Assembly: GCA_001643675.2 (NCBI GenBank)
Contig: LSRY02000035.1
Location: forward strand, 620,001-684,000
DNA from: Monocercomonoides exilis PA203
Taxonomy: Eukaryota > Protista > Preaxostyla
DNA length: 64,000 nt
Direction of reading: 5' to 3'
The notes under the pieces were generated by a model that had not been told where the DNA came from, did no database searches, and worked only from the letters and a program-made list of their open reading frames with translations. Position numbers and translations under genes: made by a program. Shown one piece after another: positions 1 to 11,387 of this stretch (its first letter is position 1; each line of letters begins with the position of its first letter).

Positions 1-11
1 CTGGGCATATT

Positions 12-3000
12 TTGAAGCCTCATCCAGTGTTTTTTGATTCAACATCTGCACAAAACGAGCTTTCTGACAAACTACAGCCAGTTCGATTTGCAAATCACAC
101 TGCACAAATTAACGGGTTCTGTAGCTGGAAAGCTTCAAATGACGATACTGAAAGTGGAATTGAAATTGAAGAAGAAGAAAGCGTGCAAAATGAAGAAGCT
201 TCCGATAAAGAAGCTAACTCTGAAGCTGACGATTGGAGAAGATCTGCAATGAAAAATCGGAGAAAAACAACTCAACCACGCAGAACAGCAAAGGACCTTA
301 GGCTTTTGAGCTTGTTTAGTCGCGATTCAAAAGCATCTTATTCACTTGTGTTAAACACATCGTCTGCTCATCTTGTTTCAGCATTTCGCTCTCTGTGCTT
401 TGCATCCAACTCTCTCAGTCAAGAAATTCCTCTCTCACTATTTCCTGCTTTGTGGACGCGCCTTTCAGACTCAGAGCAGCAGAGCTGCATCAAAGCGACA
501 ACAACTGCTTTATCAACAAATGTTGCTTCAGAAGTCGTTCCAAGCGATGCATTTGGATGGAAAGTGTCTTCTGCTGGACAGTTGCTAAGAGTTCAGAATC
601 GATGTAGATTGCAGAGTTTCAATAGAGATTTGAGATTAGAAAAGAGTAAACCGTTTGATTTCTATGATGATGACAGCGGCGAGGAAAGCGACGGTTTTGC
701 CAATCATTCGTCAAAAGATTGTAAACACACAGATGAGAAAAATTCATCCACCAGGAATGAAGGAATGATGGAAATTGACACAGGCAACACAAAGGAAACA
801 ACAAAAGAACCGAGAAGAGATCTCAAGAGAAGGAAAAAAGGAAAGCATCTCCGCCGAATGCGCCCAGTGAACGAAGTTACTCGAGTGATTTGGCATTCTC
901 ATCGGCCATCGTCTGCCCTTTCACCGTTCTGGTTCCTTCCTCCGCTTATGCAGAAGCGCAATATGGCAAGACACCCAACAGAACTGATTGGCTCAATGCC
1001 TGCAAACATTATGTTGAACTCAACAACGTTAGGAAGTTTGAGAAGTCGTCGTGTTTTGATGGAGAAAATGCTACAATTGCGAGGTGGATTCCTGACTGAT
1101 GGAAGAGAAAACTACAACAAGAGAAAGGAAGTATTGTGCCGAAAACACGGGACACCTGTTTCTGAGACAGAAATTTCAAAGCTTACAACTTTTGAAGATT
1201 TGATGGAGGATAACTTCAACATTTACTCAAAGCTGTCGCATCCGAATGTTGAAGAACATTATCAAAGGAAGCAAAAGAACGGAACTTCGAAGCCATTTGA
1301 GGCTGTGTCTCCATTTTCAACTTCATTGAGCGTTTCGAAGTCGCAGCATTCAAACGAGAAAAAACTTAACAATGAATTGCCAACTGTTTTAATGGAAAAT
1401 GATGAAGATTCTGAATTGAATACAAATAACTGTCAGATAGTTCAACAGAACGAAAGCAAAGATTCATTGAAATTGCAAGACCAAAATCTCAATGGATACG
1501 AGAAAGAAGATTTGAGCTGGATGAACAAGTTTTATCCTTATTCATTAGGATCTATCAATGATAATTGGCAGAAAGGGAGAGAAATTGCACGTTCAATCTT
1601 CAGAATTGGAGTGGGGAGAAGAGGAGAATCAGACGTTTCTTGGATGAAGCTTAGAATGAACGATACTACCAAAGAGACAACAAACTCTGGTGCAAATAAC
1701 ATTACAACAGAGCAAACAGGAAGCAAAGATGCTTTACCGAAGTCAATTGGATTAGACTCGATTTTGAATCAAGTAATTTTCGATACTGAGTCACTGTCAA
1801 TTCGCGAGAAGTTGTTGAGTGACATTGAAAAAGAAGTTTTCGGAGATGAGTCACATTCAGCATCAGCAGAACAATCACGTTCTTCGACTAATGTAAATCA
1901 TATGCTAATTCGCTTAGATGAAAAAACTCGTCGTCGTCGATTGCAGTTGTACCATCGTTTGACAGACAAGTATCTCTTCAACACAGCAGCGCTGATGATC
2001 CCGCCTGCAATAATTGTCCATTCTGCAATGCATTATGGAGCATGGGAGCTTGGTGTTTCGTTCCTGACGTTTTCGATTGCTGAAATCGCTGATATCATTC
2101 GCCGGTCACGAAAATACGGAAATGTCAGAGCAAATTACCAGAAATTGTTTACTCCGCATACAAATTACGAGCTGTTACCAGTTACAATGAATGGAATGGA
2201 GCTTACAGTTGAAGAAATTGGAAATACGATTCATAGAGATATGTATGATGAGGATTTGTATGTTTTGCAAAGTGAGATGGAAAGAAGAGCTAAGCTGAGA
2301 AAGAAAATGAAGGATGATAAAAGCAAGCAGCATTCTTCGTCTTCGTCTTCAGCATCTGCATCTTTATCTTCTTCGGCATCTGCTTCTTCTTCAATGAATA
2401 CTTTTGGTAAGAGAAAGCAGGAAGAGAAAGACGAAGAATGGCTGAACAACGAGTCAGATCCTGATGATGATGAGATTTGGGGGCCAGACGCAAGGAAGCA
2501 TTGCTTGCGCTGTGCAACAGATGAATTGGATGATGAGTTGATGTGGGAAAGCGAGATGGATGATCTGTCTGAAGATTCCCTGGAAAGCGATGAAATCTCC
2601 GACAGCGAAAAGCAATCTGTTTCAACTGACGAATGGGATCTCAGCGAATTTACTGATTCAAGCAATGACAATGATGGAGGTGAAGATAAAGAAAATGAAA
2701 AGAATGCTCTTCTAAATTCAAAATTAATTGAAGGTGAAAGTCAACAAAAAGATCAGATCAAATTACAACCAGCTGGAATTTCTCAGATAAAGAAAGAAGA
2801 TCAATCTTTCAATCTGCCGAATTCTCAAGCAATAAAGCCAGATCCAGAAGGAGAAAGCTTGCCAGCAAAGATGAATGCCTTGAAAATACATTCAAATGAT
2901 GAAACAACTCAATCTTCGCAAACATCTTCAGACGCTACATCTTCAAGCGAACAGCATAATTTGCAACTGAACAGAAACTCAAGCGTTGCTGGAGGATTGA

Positions 3001-6000
3001 AAGGTGGAGCTGATCCGTCTAGTTCAGATTCGCATCGTGTGCCATATCCAAACCAGAACCCGAATTTCAACAGGAGCCATCGTGGCCCAATTCCCAGTGG
3101 AATGGAAAGGATGGGGCAAGATGGAATCAGAGGAGCAGAGCATCAGAGAAGGGAGCATGGGATGCTGCAGCAGAGAAGCGAATTGGAGCAAAGAATGCAG
3201 ATGAAAGAGGAGGTGGGCATCAGCCACGATCCGAATCTTCAACCATCACCGAATGTGGAGTATCTTTTAATCAACCCACCTTCGCAAATAGCGCCATATC
3301 ATGCCGATTTAGCAAAGCTTCCATTGACCAGACAATCGATGCTGTTTCCAAATTCAACACAGATTCTTGATGTTCAATTCCCAGCGAACAGGGCTGCTTT
3401 CGAAGCTTATGAAATGCATTTCAGCAATCCTTCGCCATTCAGTATATCTGGAGCTGTTTTAAACGATGTTATTGATTCAGCAAGCTTTCTTTATGAAGCT
3501 GTGGATGAGTTCTCTCTTGCAGCACAGCTGTGGAAGCAGAGAAGTCCAACTGTATTGATCTCTCGTATTTACTCGCTGATGCTTTCAGATTTCTTCAGAG
3601 CTTCTGTGAAGGATATCTCTGCATACATAAAGACGCATGTTCCAAAAGAGTTTTCATTTGATCGTTTTGATACCGTGACAAAGAATCCAACAGAACTGCC
3701 CAGAATTCTGTTTCCGGAGTTGGATGATAAAGGCCAGTTGATCGAGCAGCGTGTGATTGGGCAGAATGAGTTTAAAGAAGATGAAGAAACCAAAGAAAAA
3801 GAAGATTTGATATTCATTCTGATGAAAGAGCTGAGGCGTCAGCTTTCAAAACTGGAACAAAGCAATCAATACGAAGCAAGTTCAAATGCATCAATTGCGA
3901 AAAAGAAAGATATTCCAACACTTGAGGAGGAGATTGGCTTCTGCCTTCGAAATGAGAATTTCCATATAAGCAAACTTCAACAGCTCATTTCAGAATACTG
4001 CACTGTGGATGTGGATAACAAAGAGCAATTTGCAGACAAAAAGGTTCCAACTATTCTGAAGAATCCACCATCAATGGCATCTGGCGATGTTTATGTAGCT
4101 GCGCTGCGCCTGATCGATCCGAATTTTATTCCTGGTGCCGCTAGCAGTTCAGAGTTAAAGATGATTCACACAGTATTCATTCATTGTGTTCATTGTATTA
4201 ATGAAAATAAGATGATCAAAGAGAGTCTGCTTCCAATTGCCTGCAGCAATAAAGACGCAAAAATAATTGACACAGTGATTTCTGCATCACTCAAATTAGG
4301 AAAGAAGGAATATTTCGACACAAAGAACCGTATGCTTCTTTCAGGTGTTGATAAGTCACATTTTGAAGGAGAGCTGTCACTAATTGACAACACTCTGTTG
4401 CGATTGTACGAGTTGTCTGCAGATCCAACTGAAGCGAATCTAAAGAGGACAATTGCATCGATTGAAGCAGATGCAAAGAAAACGAGAGAAGGACTGATGC
4501 GCATCTTGGCGCTTCATTCAAGTCGATTCACGAATTGCCACAGAAAACAGACATATCTTTTGTCGCAGCTGAATGATGTTGAACTTTTCTTAGAGGCCGT
4601 TCAAGACGCACACGAGGATTTTCAGAAGGAAGCGAAGTCAACTAAAGATGTTCTTATAGTTGAGCCTTCCACATGCAGCAGTGCATCTAGCTCTTCTTCT
4701 TCTGTTGCATCTTCACCAGTACCTTGGACACTTGATTTAGCCAAAAGGAGCTCTATTTCATCTTCCAAAAAAATTTTCCACGATCGCTTTGCTTATAGAC
4801 TTGCCAATCAGTTTCTTAGAAGATTCCCTCCAAATACCAGTGTTCCATTTGTTGTAGTTGATACCACGAGTTTTCGAATACATGTTTTGAATGCTCTATC
4901 TCCAATAACTGCAAGCAAGCAAGCTAAAGAACACATATTTTCTGCGCTCACCTATCAGACATCAGAGGTTATGAGGAGGCAGCTGAGATACAACGACTCA
5001 TTATCTGCAGGAAGCATTCTTTCAATTGCTGACAGCACCGATTTAACTTCAGAGACAAATAAATCTGATGGAGAGAAAGATAAAATCTTGGAGGAAAGAA
5101 ATCAAAGAAATCAAATCATCAAAAGAATTTCATCAAAAAGAAGAGGGAATGAAATACAAGAAGCATATCGTGTTCCTCTGAATGAATTGGAAAATGTTGT
5201 AAGAACTGGACAAATCAAAGTGGGCGAAAAATCTATCAACATTTCGTCTGCTTTAATATTTGCAAAGCGCGAAATGTCTAAACTTGATTTGAAAGAAAAA
5301 ACTTATCTGAGCTTATTGTTGGATTATGTGCGTTGCGATAAAATGAGCAGACAACTGAATCGTGGAACTTTGGGCTCTTTGATGCAGCTTTTGTTTGAAA
5401 GAAGATCAAAAAGAATGAACTGCGAAAATGCGACAAGTGAAATGAGTGCACTGTCTCTTCTGAAATTATTGAGCTTTATGCGTTTGGAATGTTTGAAAAA
5501 GAAAAGATCGAAAAATTGGTTGAAGAAAATGCTATCCATGATTGAAAAAGAAGCTCAAAGATCAATAAAAGCATCGCTGCATTCAGGAAAGAGAGATACA
5601 AGTAAATTGTACAAACCTTCACAATCTCAATTCAATGGACAAGATGTATCAATATTGAATCAGGAAATGCTGAACAAAGGCAACCAGAATTTCGAGCAAT
5701 CAAGCTCCTCAAGTTTCACACAATATAATGGATCAAAAGGAATGAAATCAACTCAACCAGCTGAAGTTCCATCCACGCCAAACACGCAACCAGCAACTCA
5801 ATATCAGTCTGTGCCTATTGATGATGATGACGACGATGACCCGTTTGCTGGATTGGACGATGAAGATGAAAAAGAAGAGAAAGTTGTGTATTCAACTTCT
5901 TCAGAACGTTCAAAATCCAAAAAGCAGAAATCAAAAGCTTCATCTTCTGATATTTATTCCAATTCAAATGAAATTCTTGATGACGACAGCAGCGACTTCT

Positions 6001-9000
6001 TGGGAGATGACGATGTTTTAAGCGCAACTCCTCCAAAGCAGTTGTCACCGTCAAGCAGATCAACATCAAGATCGCAGCGTGCAAGTTCTCCTTCAAGTTC
6101 ATATGGCAGCGCATCTGCTAAGCCAAAGGGAAAAGCAAAGGCTCGAGGAAGAGGAAAGCCGAAATCAAAAGCAACTCCAATTCCAGTTCCATTAATTGAA
6201 CATGCACCGAATGCGAAGAACAACCAGTTTTCTTCAAGTTCTGAAACAGCTTCAACAGTCAGCTCGATTTCTCCAGCGTTTCCTGCGGCACTCTCAAAAA
6301 CAGTGTCATTTCCAGCAATTTCAGGCTATAAATCAATCTCACCATCTTTTGCTGCTTCAAGAACAAATTCAGCTTCAACATTCCAATCATCAGGATTTCC
6401 TGCGAAGCCAAACATGCCATCAACTCAGTCATCTCTGCAATCAGATTCACTGATGTCTCAGAGCAGCTCCTCTCAGACTGGCGGATTGATTTATTCTGCC
6501 TCAAAATTGTCTCAAATTTCCATGCAAAACAATCGGTTACACAAAGGTTGCCACTCATTGTGTAAATCTGCTTTATCTGTTTCTGAAGATGTATTTTCAA
6601 GATCAGCAGCCTCCAATAAACTTATATCAAAATTCCAGAATCAACAACTTCCATCACCAGAGCTTCTATATTCACTTTGTCAGAATAGCAAATCTTCTCC
6701 TGCAAAAGCAGTTGATCGATCGAAGACAGGAAATATACCACCGCTTCCACCTTTGTCAAGTCTTCGATTGCCTTCAAATATTGTACATTCAAACAATGTT
6801 TTGTGTCACGACATTTCAACTGTATCTACCAGCGTGATGCAACCAGAGTTTTCTAATGAAGGGCAGATTAATTCATCGGCTTCAAATCAAACATCAAAAG
6901 AAATGAATACAAATAACTTCGTGAATGAACGCAAAGAACTTTCAAAACGAAAGAGTTCTCCATACAGAATCAGAGTTGTGAAACGTCCATTTTTAGCACA
7001 AAAAGGCAGATTTCTTAATGCATCAAAGATTTTATTAGCACACAATCAAAAACAGCTTATCTCAATGTTCGTTACAAATTATATGAATGAAACAGAAAAA
7101 GATGACCAAAATTCTGGACATGAGAAAGGATTAGCTTTGGACCACTCTCAAATGATAGCAGGCGAGGAATACTCTAACTCATTAACTGCAACGTCTGAAT
7201 TTATCGATAAGACCTATTCTTCTGTGTGCAAAAATGCATATTCTTCAAAAATGGATGTTGATAAGTTCAAAGAAGGTGACACAAGCTTGTGCAACAAGCG
7301 AAGACAAAGAATATCACTACTCATTGCTTTAGATACAGTAAAGAAAAGAAATTCTAAATACGATGAAAAAACATATTCAAATGAAATGATTCGTTTTGCT
7401 CAAGGAGATCTCTTCATTTCCTCTTCGTTCAAAGAAGGAGCCGATCTGTTACAGGATCGAAGCTGGCTTGGCAACGAGATGAGGGCTTGGATCAACGAGC
7501 GATTTGGCCATGTGGAAGCAGCAAAGGAGTTGCTGCTCCGTGCTGTTGAACAGAATCCTACGAACTTCCATGCGTGGGAAGACATCGGGTTGTTTGCAGA
7601 GGAGCAAAAGAAAAATGTTACACATGAAATACAACGTAACATAAACGAGTTAGCGCAAATATCAACAGAAAATTGTATTTTCAGTCTGTTTAATGAAAGT
7701 CACAATTTCTGTGAATCAATTTCTCTATCATTCTACTTTGCAATTTTGCTCAAGCCTCAAAGAGCTGTTAATCTTATGTCTCGCTTTGTGATCAACACTT
7801 TTGAATACCTTTTAGTTAGGAGCTGGAAAGAAAAACAAAAGAACAATTCAACAGACAACCTAAAATCTGTTGAGCACAATGAGGCAAAAATTGTACGAAA
7901 ATCAAAGTCTCATTTTGAGAAGTTAATGTCAAACTATAAACTTCCAGTGTGGGTGGCCATTCCGCACACATATTTCTTTTTATCGCAACTTGGCTCACCT
8001 TCCGGCTTTGTTTTCAAAGATGCATTGCTCAATGCAACTCATTATTGTCCTTCACAACTCTACTTGCCTGTTCGAGCTGCATTGGAATGCGTGAAAAGCA
8101 TTCGGCTTATCTCAAATCCAGATCAACACTCACAAGAATATCAACATTTAACAAAAATTTTGAATTCTATTTCAACTACACATTCTGAAACGGCGGTTGT
8201 ATTGGAGAGACTGGCAAAGGCGTTGTGTTCTGTTCATCTTCAAAAAGAGCATCTTGTGCTGAATAGCATTGATGTTCTTACGTTCATTTGGTCTGGCGCA
8301 TTGGCTGCGTGCGACGCTGTGAAAGATCGAGAAGGGAAAGTTGAACATGTTAATCTGGAACTACTCAAGGATTCGAAGATTCAAATGGATATGGAATCAT
8401 CATCATCTAATTCCGACCATTCAACAATTAAGATATTATGTGTAACGAAGTTTTATGAGCAATTGAGAATTTTGAGAGAATACATTTTCATTAACCGTGA
8501 ATCTTTGCCTCCACTTTTCGTTGTCTTTGCATGTGGTCTATTTTCATTATTCCCAGAAGCTCCTCTTCTATCTCCATGTGCATCAATAATTGCTGCTCTG
8601 CGTTATTTGTACTCATGGCGTGATGTTTTGTACGAACTTTGTCCTCTTTCAGCAACTCTCAGTGAATCATGTGCAGAATTAGCAGCACTTAATCCAGTGT
8701 TCTCTTCTATTCCTCTCGAAGTGCCAGGCGTATGCGCATACTTGTCATCTTCCACTGCTCCACCACGCAGTAGATTAATCTCATACTTTGATGCTGTTGA
8801 AGCAGCATCTCGCAACATTCAATCAGAAGTTATTAAAAATGTTGCAACAGTGGTATCGTTTAAACATCGCTCATCACCATACAATTTATATGTTGATTTG
8901 AATAGCATGATTGAAAAAGATAATATTTCTGAAAGCAAAGTCAAAATGGAAGCGGATGAGATTTCACCTTCAGTTGAAATCAATAAATCATTGATAATTC

Positions 9001-11150
9001 CGTTAAGTGTACCACTAGTAACACCTTTGCTCACATTTATCTCGTTAAGAAATGCTTATCATACCTTTGCTGTTTACAATACATCCTTCAATCTTCAAAA
9101 AATTGGAAGCTCATTTAATGGCATTGAAGAAAATAATCTAATTCCTCTGCTTATTCCAGAGTTGCATTCGTGTGTTAGTATTATTCCTTCTGTGGATTCA
9201 ATGTTTTTGCCGTCTTTGTCGACTCTGGTTACACAAAACATTGCAAAGGCAATCGCTGAATTTCCAATTGCATCACTTGCAATGCTGCACAAAAGCAATG
9301 TTGAAGTGAGTGGAATGGCAAAGAGCTGGATGACGAACAATTGGAATGGAGAACCGATGAAAGGAGGAGGATTGAATACAGTTATGGCTAATTCTCGCGT
9401 ATCAACAAATTCGGATTCATTGTCAAATCGTAAAGAACAGCAAAACGAGTCTACAAAAATTGAGAGAGAAAAGAAAGAAAAAGAAGAATTGGAGATGAAA
9501 GACAAGAGACGATTGGCTGTTGTGCATCAGCAACATGTTGTGAACACAACGTCATATTGTCCTGCGGCACTTGTATCAAAAAGTGGAACATGTGATGTGA
9601 ATTACTTTGATGGAGCACGTTTTGATGAACCGATTCGTGCTGTTGGAATTGGGTTTGGAACTGTTCCTGTGTGTATCCCTGTATCTCAATCAGTGATTAT
9701 TGTGAGAGATCTTGTTGAAGGAATAACCTTGAGTGAGATTATGAGGCATTGGGGAAGCGTGATGAGAGTCTCAAGCTTCCTTCCACTTCCAGTTTGGTGT
9801 TGTGAAGACGACGATTTGTCCGATTCAACGAGTCTTAATGATAACGCTTGCTGGCGCGAGATATTGCATGCTTGCTCGCAAATGAATCTAAACTCTGCTG
9901 TTGTATGTAGATTGATGCAGTACGCGATCCATTATGCAGAAGATGTTGGACTGCCTCGTTCTGACGAAGGATTGTTACGCTATTTGTGTGGAATTCATGG
10001 TATCAGCACAACCAAATGGCTGGGGAGCAAGCTGTCGCAAAATGAAATTATTCCTCTATTTCCATTGAAAGCTCGCGATTTCCAAGTACAGAGTGAGGAA
10101 TTGCTGAAACGAAGTGAAGTTTGCACGAATGCACAGCTTGCAAAGGAGTTCTTGAAGATTCGAATGAGAATTCCTTCAGACATTCTAAATAGTGCGCTGC
10201 ATAGCCTTCTTGTGGAGCCAGAATATTCACAGCCATCATTACGAATGATGTCACTTCAGTTTGGAATTGGGGCATTTATCTCATATCTTTGCTCATTTAC
10301 CCCAGCTCATCCGGGTTCGTTGGTGTTTTATCCTTCAATTGGCAATGTGATGCAGACGGTGTGGGGATGGAATTGCGAATGGGGATGGGGAAAAGATGAG
10401 CTGAAGGATAACAATTGGTGGAACAATAGAACGATACCAAATGAGATGTGTGGTTCATTGAAAGATTCATCCAATACAGTCGAAAGAAGTTCACTTGAAG
10501 TTAATTCATCAATAGCGTCAAAAGATAACAAATCAACATCGCTTGTTCTTTCCCCATCTGCTTCTTCTTCGTCTTCACTTTGCTCATCAACGGATAATTC
10601 CAAGTTAGCCAGCAAAGTTAATCCAATTAGATACAGAATGACCAGAAACATTGCAGGACTGTTTGAAAATGGACTTCTTGTTGGAAGTTTCATTCAAGCA
10701 TTTTGCCAAACGGCAGACGCAATTTGTGAACCAATTATTTTCTCTGATATCGAAGCAAGCCTTACAGAATTTTCTCAAGTTGCAATTCGTTCAGTGTGTA
10801 TGCATCATCCTTCGCTTCCATCTGATATAAGTGGTGTTTTAAGAACTTTATCCTCAAATTCACATGTGCCATCAAGCATTTGTAATAAGAGCTCAGCTGC
10901 TATTTCTGATTTGCACACTCCCAATTACGCTTCTGAAGCAACTTCATTTATACAAGAAAATAGTTCTTATATTGCTTCAATGCAATTTACAAGTTATTCA
11001 ATGAAACGTGCTCTTATTACAAGTAGTCGGGAACAATTTGAAAGAGACAGTGTTAATCCTGTTGACACCTCGTCTCTTCTATTGATGCAATCTGCTATGG
11101 ACCAAGACAACCTGGCAAAGGTTCCATGGTGGTTGTATCCTTGGATGTAG
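12..11150 (+). CDS. TRRAP: Divergent TRRAP/Tra1-like PIKK pseudokinase (5'-partial; about 3700 aa in the window with many low-complexity insertions)
   Basis: The C-terminus QSAMDQDNLAKVPWWLYPWM fits the FATC pattern (A..p.nLa.....w.PW). PIRYRMTRNI resembles the PIKK VPFRLTPN motif. RIPSDILN...LQFGIGAFISYLCSFTPAHPGSLVFYPSIGNV aligns to the Tra1 pseudokinase lobe and lacks DxxxxN/DFG. A TPR/FAT-like segment AVEQNPTNFHAWEDIGLF is present. The ORF-finder start is a TTG, so the true start probably lies upstream of the window. Confidence 0.7.
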   Translation: MKPHPVFFDSTSAQNELSDKLQPVRFANHTAQINGFCSWKASNDDTESGIEIEEEESVQNEEASDKEANSEADDWRRSAMKNRRKTTQPRRTAKDLRLLSLFSRDSKASYSLVLNTSSAHLVSAFRSLCFASNSLSQEIPLSLFPALWTRLSDSEQQSCIKATTTALSTNVASEVVPSDAFGWKVSSAGQLLRVQNRCRLQSFNRDLRLEKSKPFDFYDDDSGEESDGFANHSSKDCKHTDEKNSSTRNEGMMEIDTGNTKETTKEPRRDLKRRKKGKHLRRMRPVNEVTRVIWHSHRPSSALSPFWFLPPLMQKRNMARHPTELIGSMPANIMLNSTTLGSLRSRRVLMEKMLQLRGGFLTDGRENYNKRKEVLCRKHGTPVSETEISKLTTFEDLMEDNFNIYSKLSHPNVEEHYQRKQKNGTSKPFEAVSPFSTSLSVSKSQHSNEKKLNNELPTVLMENDEDSELNTNNCQIVQQNESKDSLKLQDQNLNGYEKEDLSWMNKFYPYSLGSINDNWQKGREIARSIFRIGVGRRGESDVSWMKLRMNDTTKETTNSGANNITTEQTGSKDALPKSIGLDSILNQVIFDTESLSIREKLLSDIEKEVFGDESHSASAEQSRSSTNVNHMLIRLDEKTRRRRLQLYHRLTDKYLFNTAALMIPPAIIVHSAMHYGAWELGVSFLTFSIAEIADIIRRSRKYGNVRANYQKLFTPHTNYELLPVTMNGMELTVEEIGNTIHRDMYDEDLYVLQSEMERRAKLRKKMKDDKSKQHSSSSSSASASLSSSASASSSMNTFGKRKQEEKDEEWLNNESDPDDDEIWGPDARKHCLRCATDELDDELMWESEMDDLSEDSLESDEISDSEKQSVSTDEWDLSEFTDSSNDNDGGEDKENEKNALLNSKLIEGESQQKDQIKLQPAGISQIKKEDQSFNLPNSQAIKPDPEGESLPAKMNALKIHSNDETTQSSQTSSDATSSSEQHNLQLNRNSSVAGGLKGGADPSSSDSHRVPYPNQNPNFNRSHRGPIPSGMERMGQDGIRGAEHQRREHGMLQQRSELEQRMQMKEEVGISHDPNLQPSPNVEYLLINPPSQIAPYHADLAKLPLTRQSMLFPNSTQILDVQFPANRAAFEAYEMHFSNPSPFSISGAVLNDVIDSASFLYEAVDEFSLAAQLWKQRSPTVLISRIYSLMLSDFFRASVKDISAYIKTHVPKEFSFDRFDTVTKNPTELPRILFPELDDKGQLIEQRVIGQNEFKEDEETKEKEDLIFILMKELRRQLSKLEQSNQYEASSNASIAKKKDIPTLEEEIGFCLRNENFHISKLQQLISEYCTVDVDNKEQFADKKVPTILKNPPSMASGDVYVAALRLIDPNFIPGAASSSELKMIHTVFIHCVHCINENKMIKESLLPIACSNKDAKIIDTVISASLKLGKKEYFDTKNRMLLSGVDKSHFEGELSLIDNTLLRLYELSADPTEANLKRTIASIEADAKKTREGLMRILALHSSRFTNCHRKQTYLLSQLNDVELFLEAVQDAHEDFQKEAKSTKDVLIVEPSTCSSASSSSSSVASSPVPWTLDLAKRSSISSSKKIFHDRFAYRLANQFLRRFPPNTSVPFVVVDTTSFRIHVLNALSPITASKQAKEHIFSALTYQTSEVMRRQLRYNDSLSAGSILSIADSTDLTSETNKSDGEKDKILEERNQRNQIIKRISSKRRGNEIQEAYRVPLNELENVVRTGQIKVGEKSINISSALIFAKREMSKLDLKEKTYLSLLLDYVRCDKMSRQLNRGTLGSLMQLLFERRSKRMNCENATSEMSALSLLKLLSFMRLECLKKKRSKNWLKKMLSMIEKEAQRSIKASLHSGKRDTSKLYKPSQSQFNGQDVSILNQEMLNKGNQNFEQSSSSSFTQYNGSKGMKSTQPAEVPSTPNTQPATQYQSVPIDDDDDDDPFAGLDDEDEKEEKVVYSTSSERSKSKKQKSKASSSDIYSNSNEILDDDSSDFLGDDDVLSATPPKQLSPSSRSTSRSQRASSPSSSYGSASAKPKGKAKARGRGKPKSKATPIPVPLIEHAPNAKNNQFSSSSETASTVSSISPAFPAALSKTVSFPAISGYKSISPSFAASRTNSASTFQSSGFPAKPNMPSTQSSLQSDSLMSQSSSSQTGGLIYSASKLSQISMQNNRLHKGCHSLCKSALSVSEDVFSRSAASNKLISKFQNQQLPSPELLYSLCQNSKSSPAKAVDRSKTGNIPPLPPLSSLRLPSNIVHSNNVLCHDISTVSTSVMQPEFSNEGQINSSASNQTSKEMNTNNFVNERKELSKRKSSPYRIRVVKRPFLAQKGRFLNASKILLAHNQKQLISMFVTNYMNETEKDDQNSGHEKGLALDHSQMIAGEEYSNSLTATSEFIDKTYSSVCKNAYSSKMDVDKFKEGDTSLCNKRRQRISLLIALDTVKKRNSKYDEKTYSNEMIRFAQGDLFISSSFKEGADLLQDRSWLGNEMRAWINERFGHVEAAKELLLRAVEQNPTNFHAWEDIGLFAEEQKKNVTHEIQRNINELAQISTENCIFSLFNESHNFCESISLSFYFAILLKPQRAVNLMSRFVINTFEYLLVRSWKEKQKNNSTDNLKSVEHNEAKIVRKSKSHFEKLMSNYKLPVWVAIPHTYFFLSQLGSPSGFVFKDALLNATHYCPSQLYLPVRAALECVKSIRLISNPDQHSQEYQHLTKILNSISTTHSETAVVLERLAKALCSVHLQKEHLVLNSIDVLTFIWSGALAACDAVKDREGKVEHVNLELLKDSKIQMDMESSSSNSDHSTIKILCVTKFYEQLRILREYIFINRESLPPLFVVFACGLFSLFPEAPLLSPCASIIAALRYLYSWRDVLYELCPLSATLSESCAELAALNPVFSSIPLEVPGVCAYLSSSTAPPRSRLISYFDAVEAASRNIQSEVIKNVATVVSFKHRSSPYNLYVDLNSMIEKDNISESKVKMEADEISPSVEINKSLIIPLSVPLVTPLLTFISLRNAYHTFAVYNTSFNLQKIGSSFNGIEENNLIPLLIPELHSCVSIIPSVDSMFLPSLSTLVTQNIAKAIAEFPIASLAMLHKSNVEVSGMAKSWMTNNWNGEPMKGGGLNTVMANSRVSTNSDSLSNRKEQQNESTKIEREKKEKEELEMKDKRRLAVVHQQHVVNTTSYCPAALVSKSGTCDVNYFDGARFDEPIRAVGIGFGTVPVCIPVSQSVIIVRDLVEGITLSEIMRHWGSVMRVSSFLPLPVWCCEDDDLSDSTSLNDNACWREILHACSQMNLNSAVVCRLMQYAIHYAEDVGLPRSDEGLLRYLCGIHGISTTKWLGSKLSQNEIIPLFPLKARDFQVQSEELLKRSEVCTNAQLAKEFLKIRMRIPSDILNSALHSLLVEPEYSQPSLRMMSLQFGIGAFISYLCSFTPAHPGSLVFYPSIGNVMQTVWGWNCEWGWGKDELKDNNWWNNRTIPNEMCGSLKDSSNTVERSSLEVNSSIASKDNKSTSLVLSPSASSSSSLCSSTDNSKLASKVNPIRYRMTRNIAGLFENGLLVGSFIQAFCQTADAICEPIIFSDIEASLTEFSQVAIRSVCMHHPSLPSDISGVLRTLSSNSHVPSSICNKSSAAISDLHTPNYASEATSFIQENSSYIASMQFTSYSMKRALITSSREQFERDSVNPVDTSSLLLMQSAMDQDNLAKVPWWLYPWM

Positions 11151-11387
11151 ATGTTAAATCACTTTTTTGTTGAACATTTCAATTTTTTATTCTGTTTTTT
11201 GTTCATAATTTTTTGTTTTTCGTTTTTAAAAATACGTTTTTGAATGTATTTAATTCAATAATATGCAACAAAAGTGAGAGAAATAAAATTACAAAAAGAC
11301 TTTATTATTAATTTAAAAAAATCAACTCAAAAACTATTATCATTTATCGCACCCAACACATTTTTTCTGTTTTTTGATTTCGTTTAC

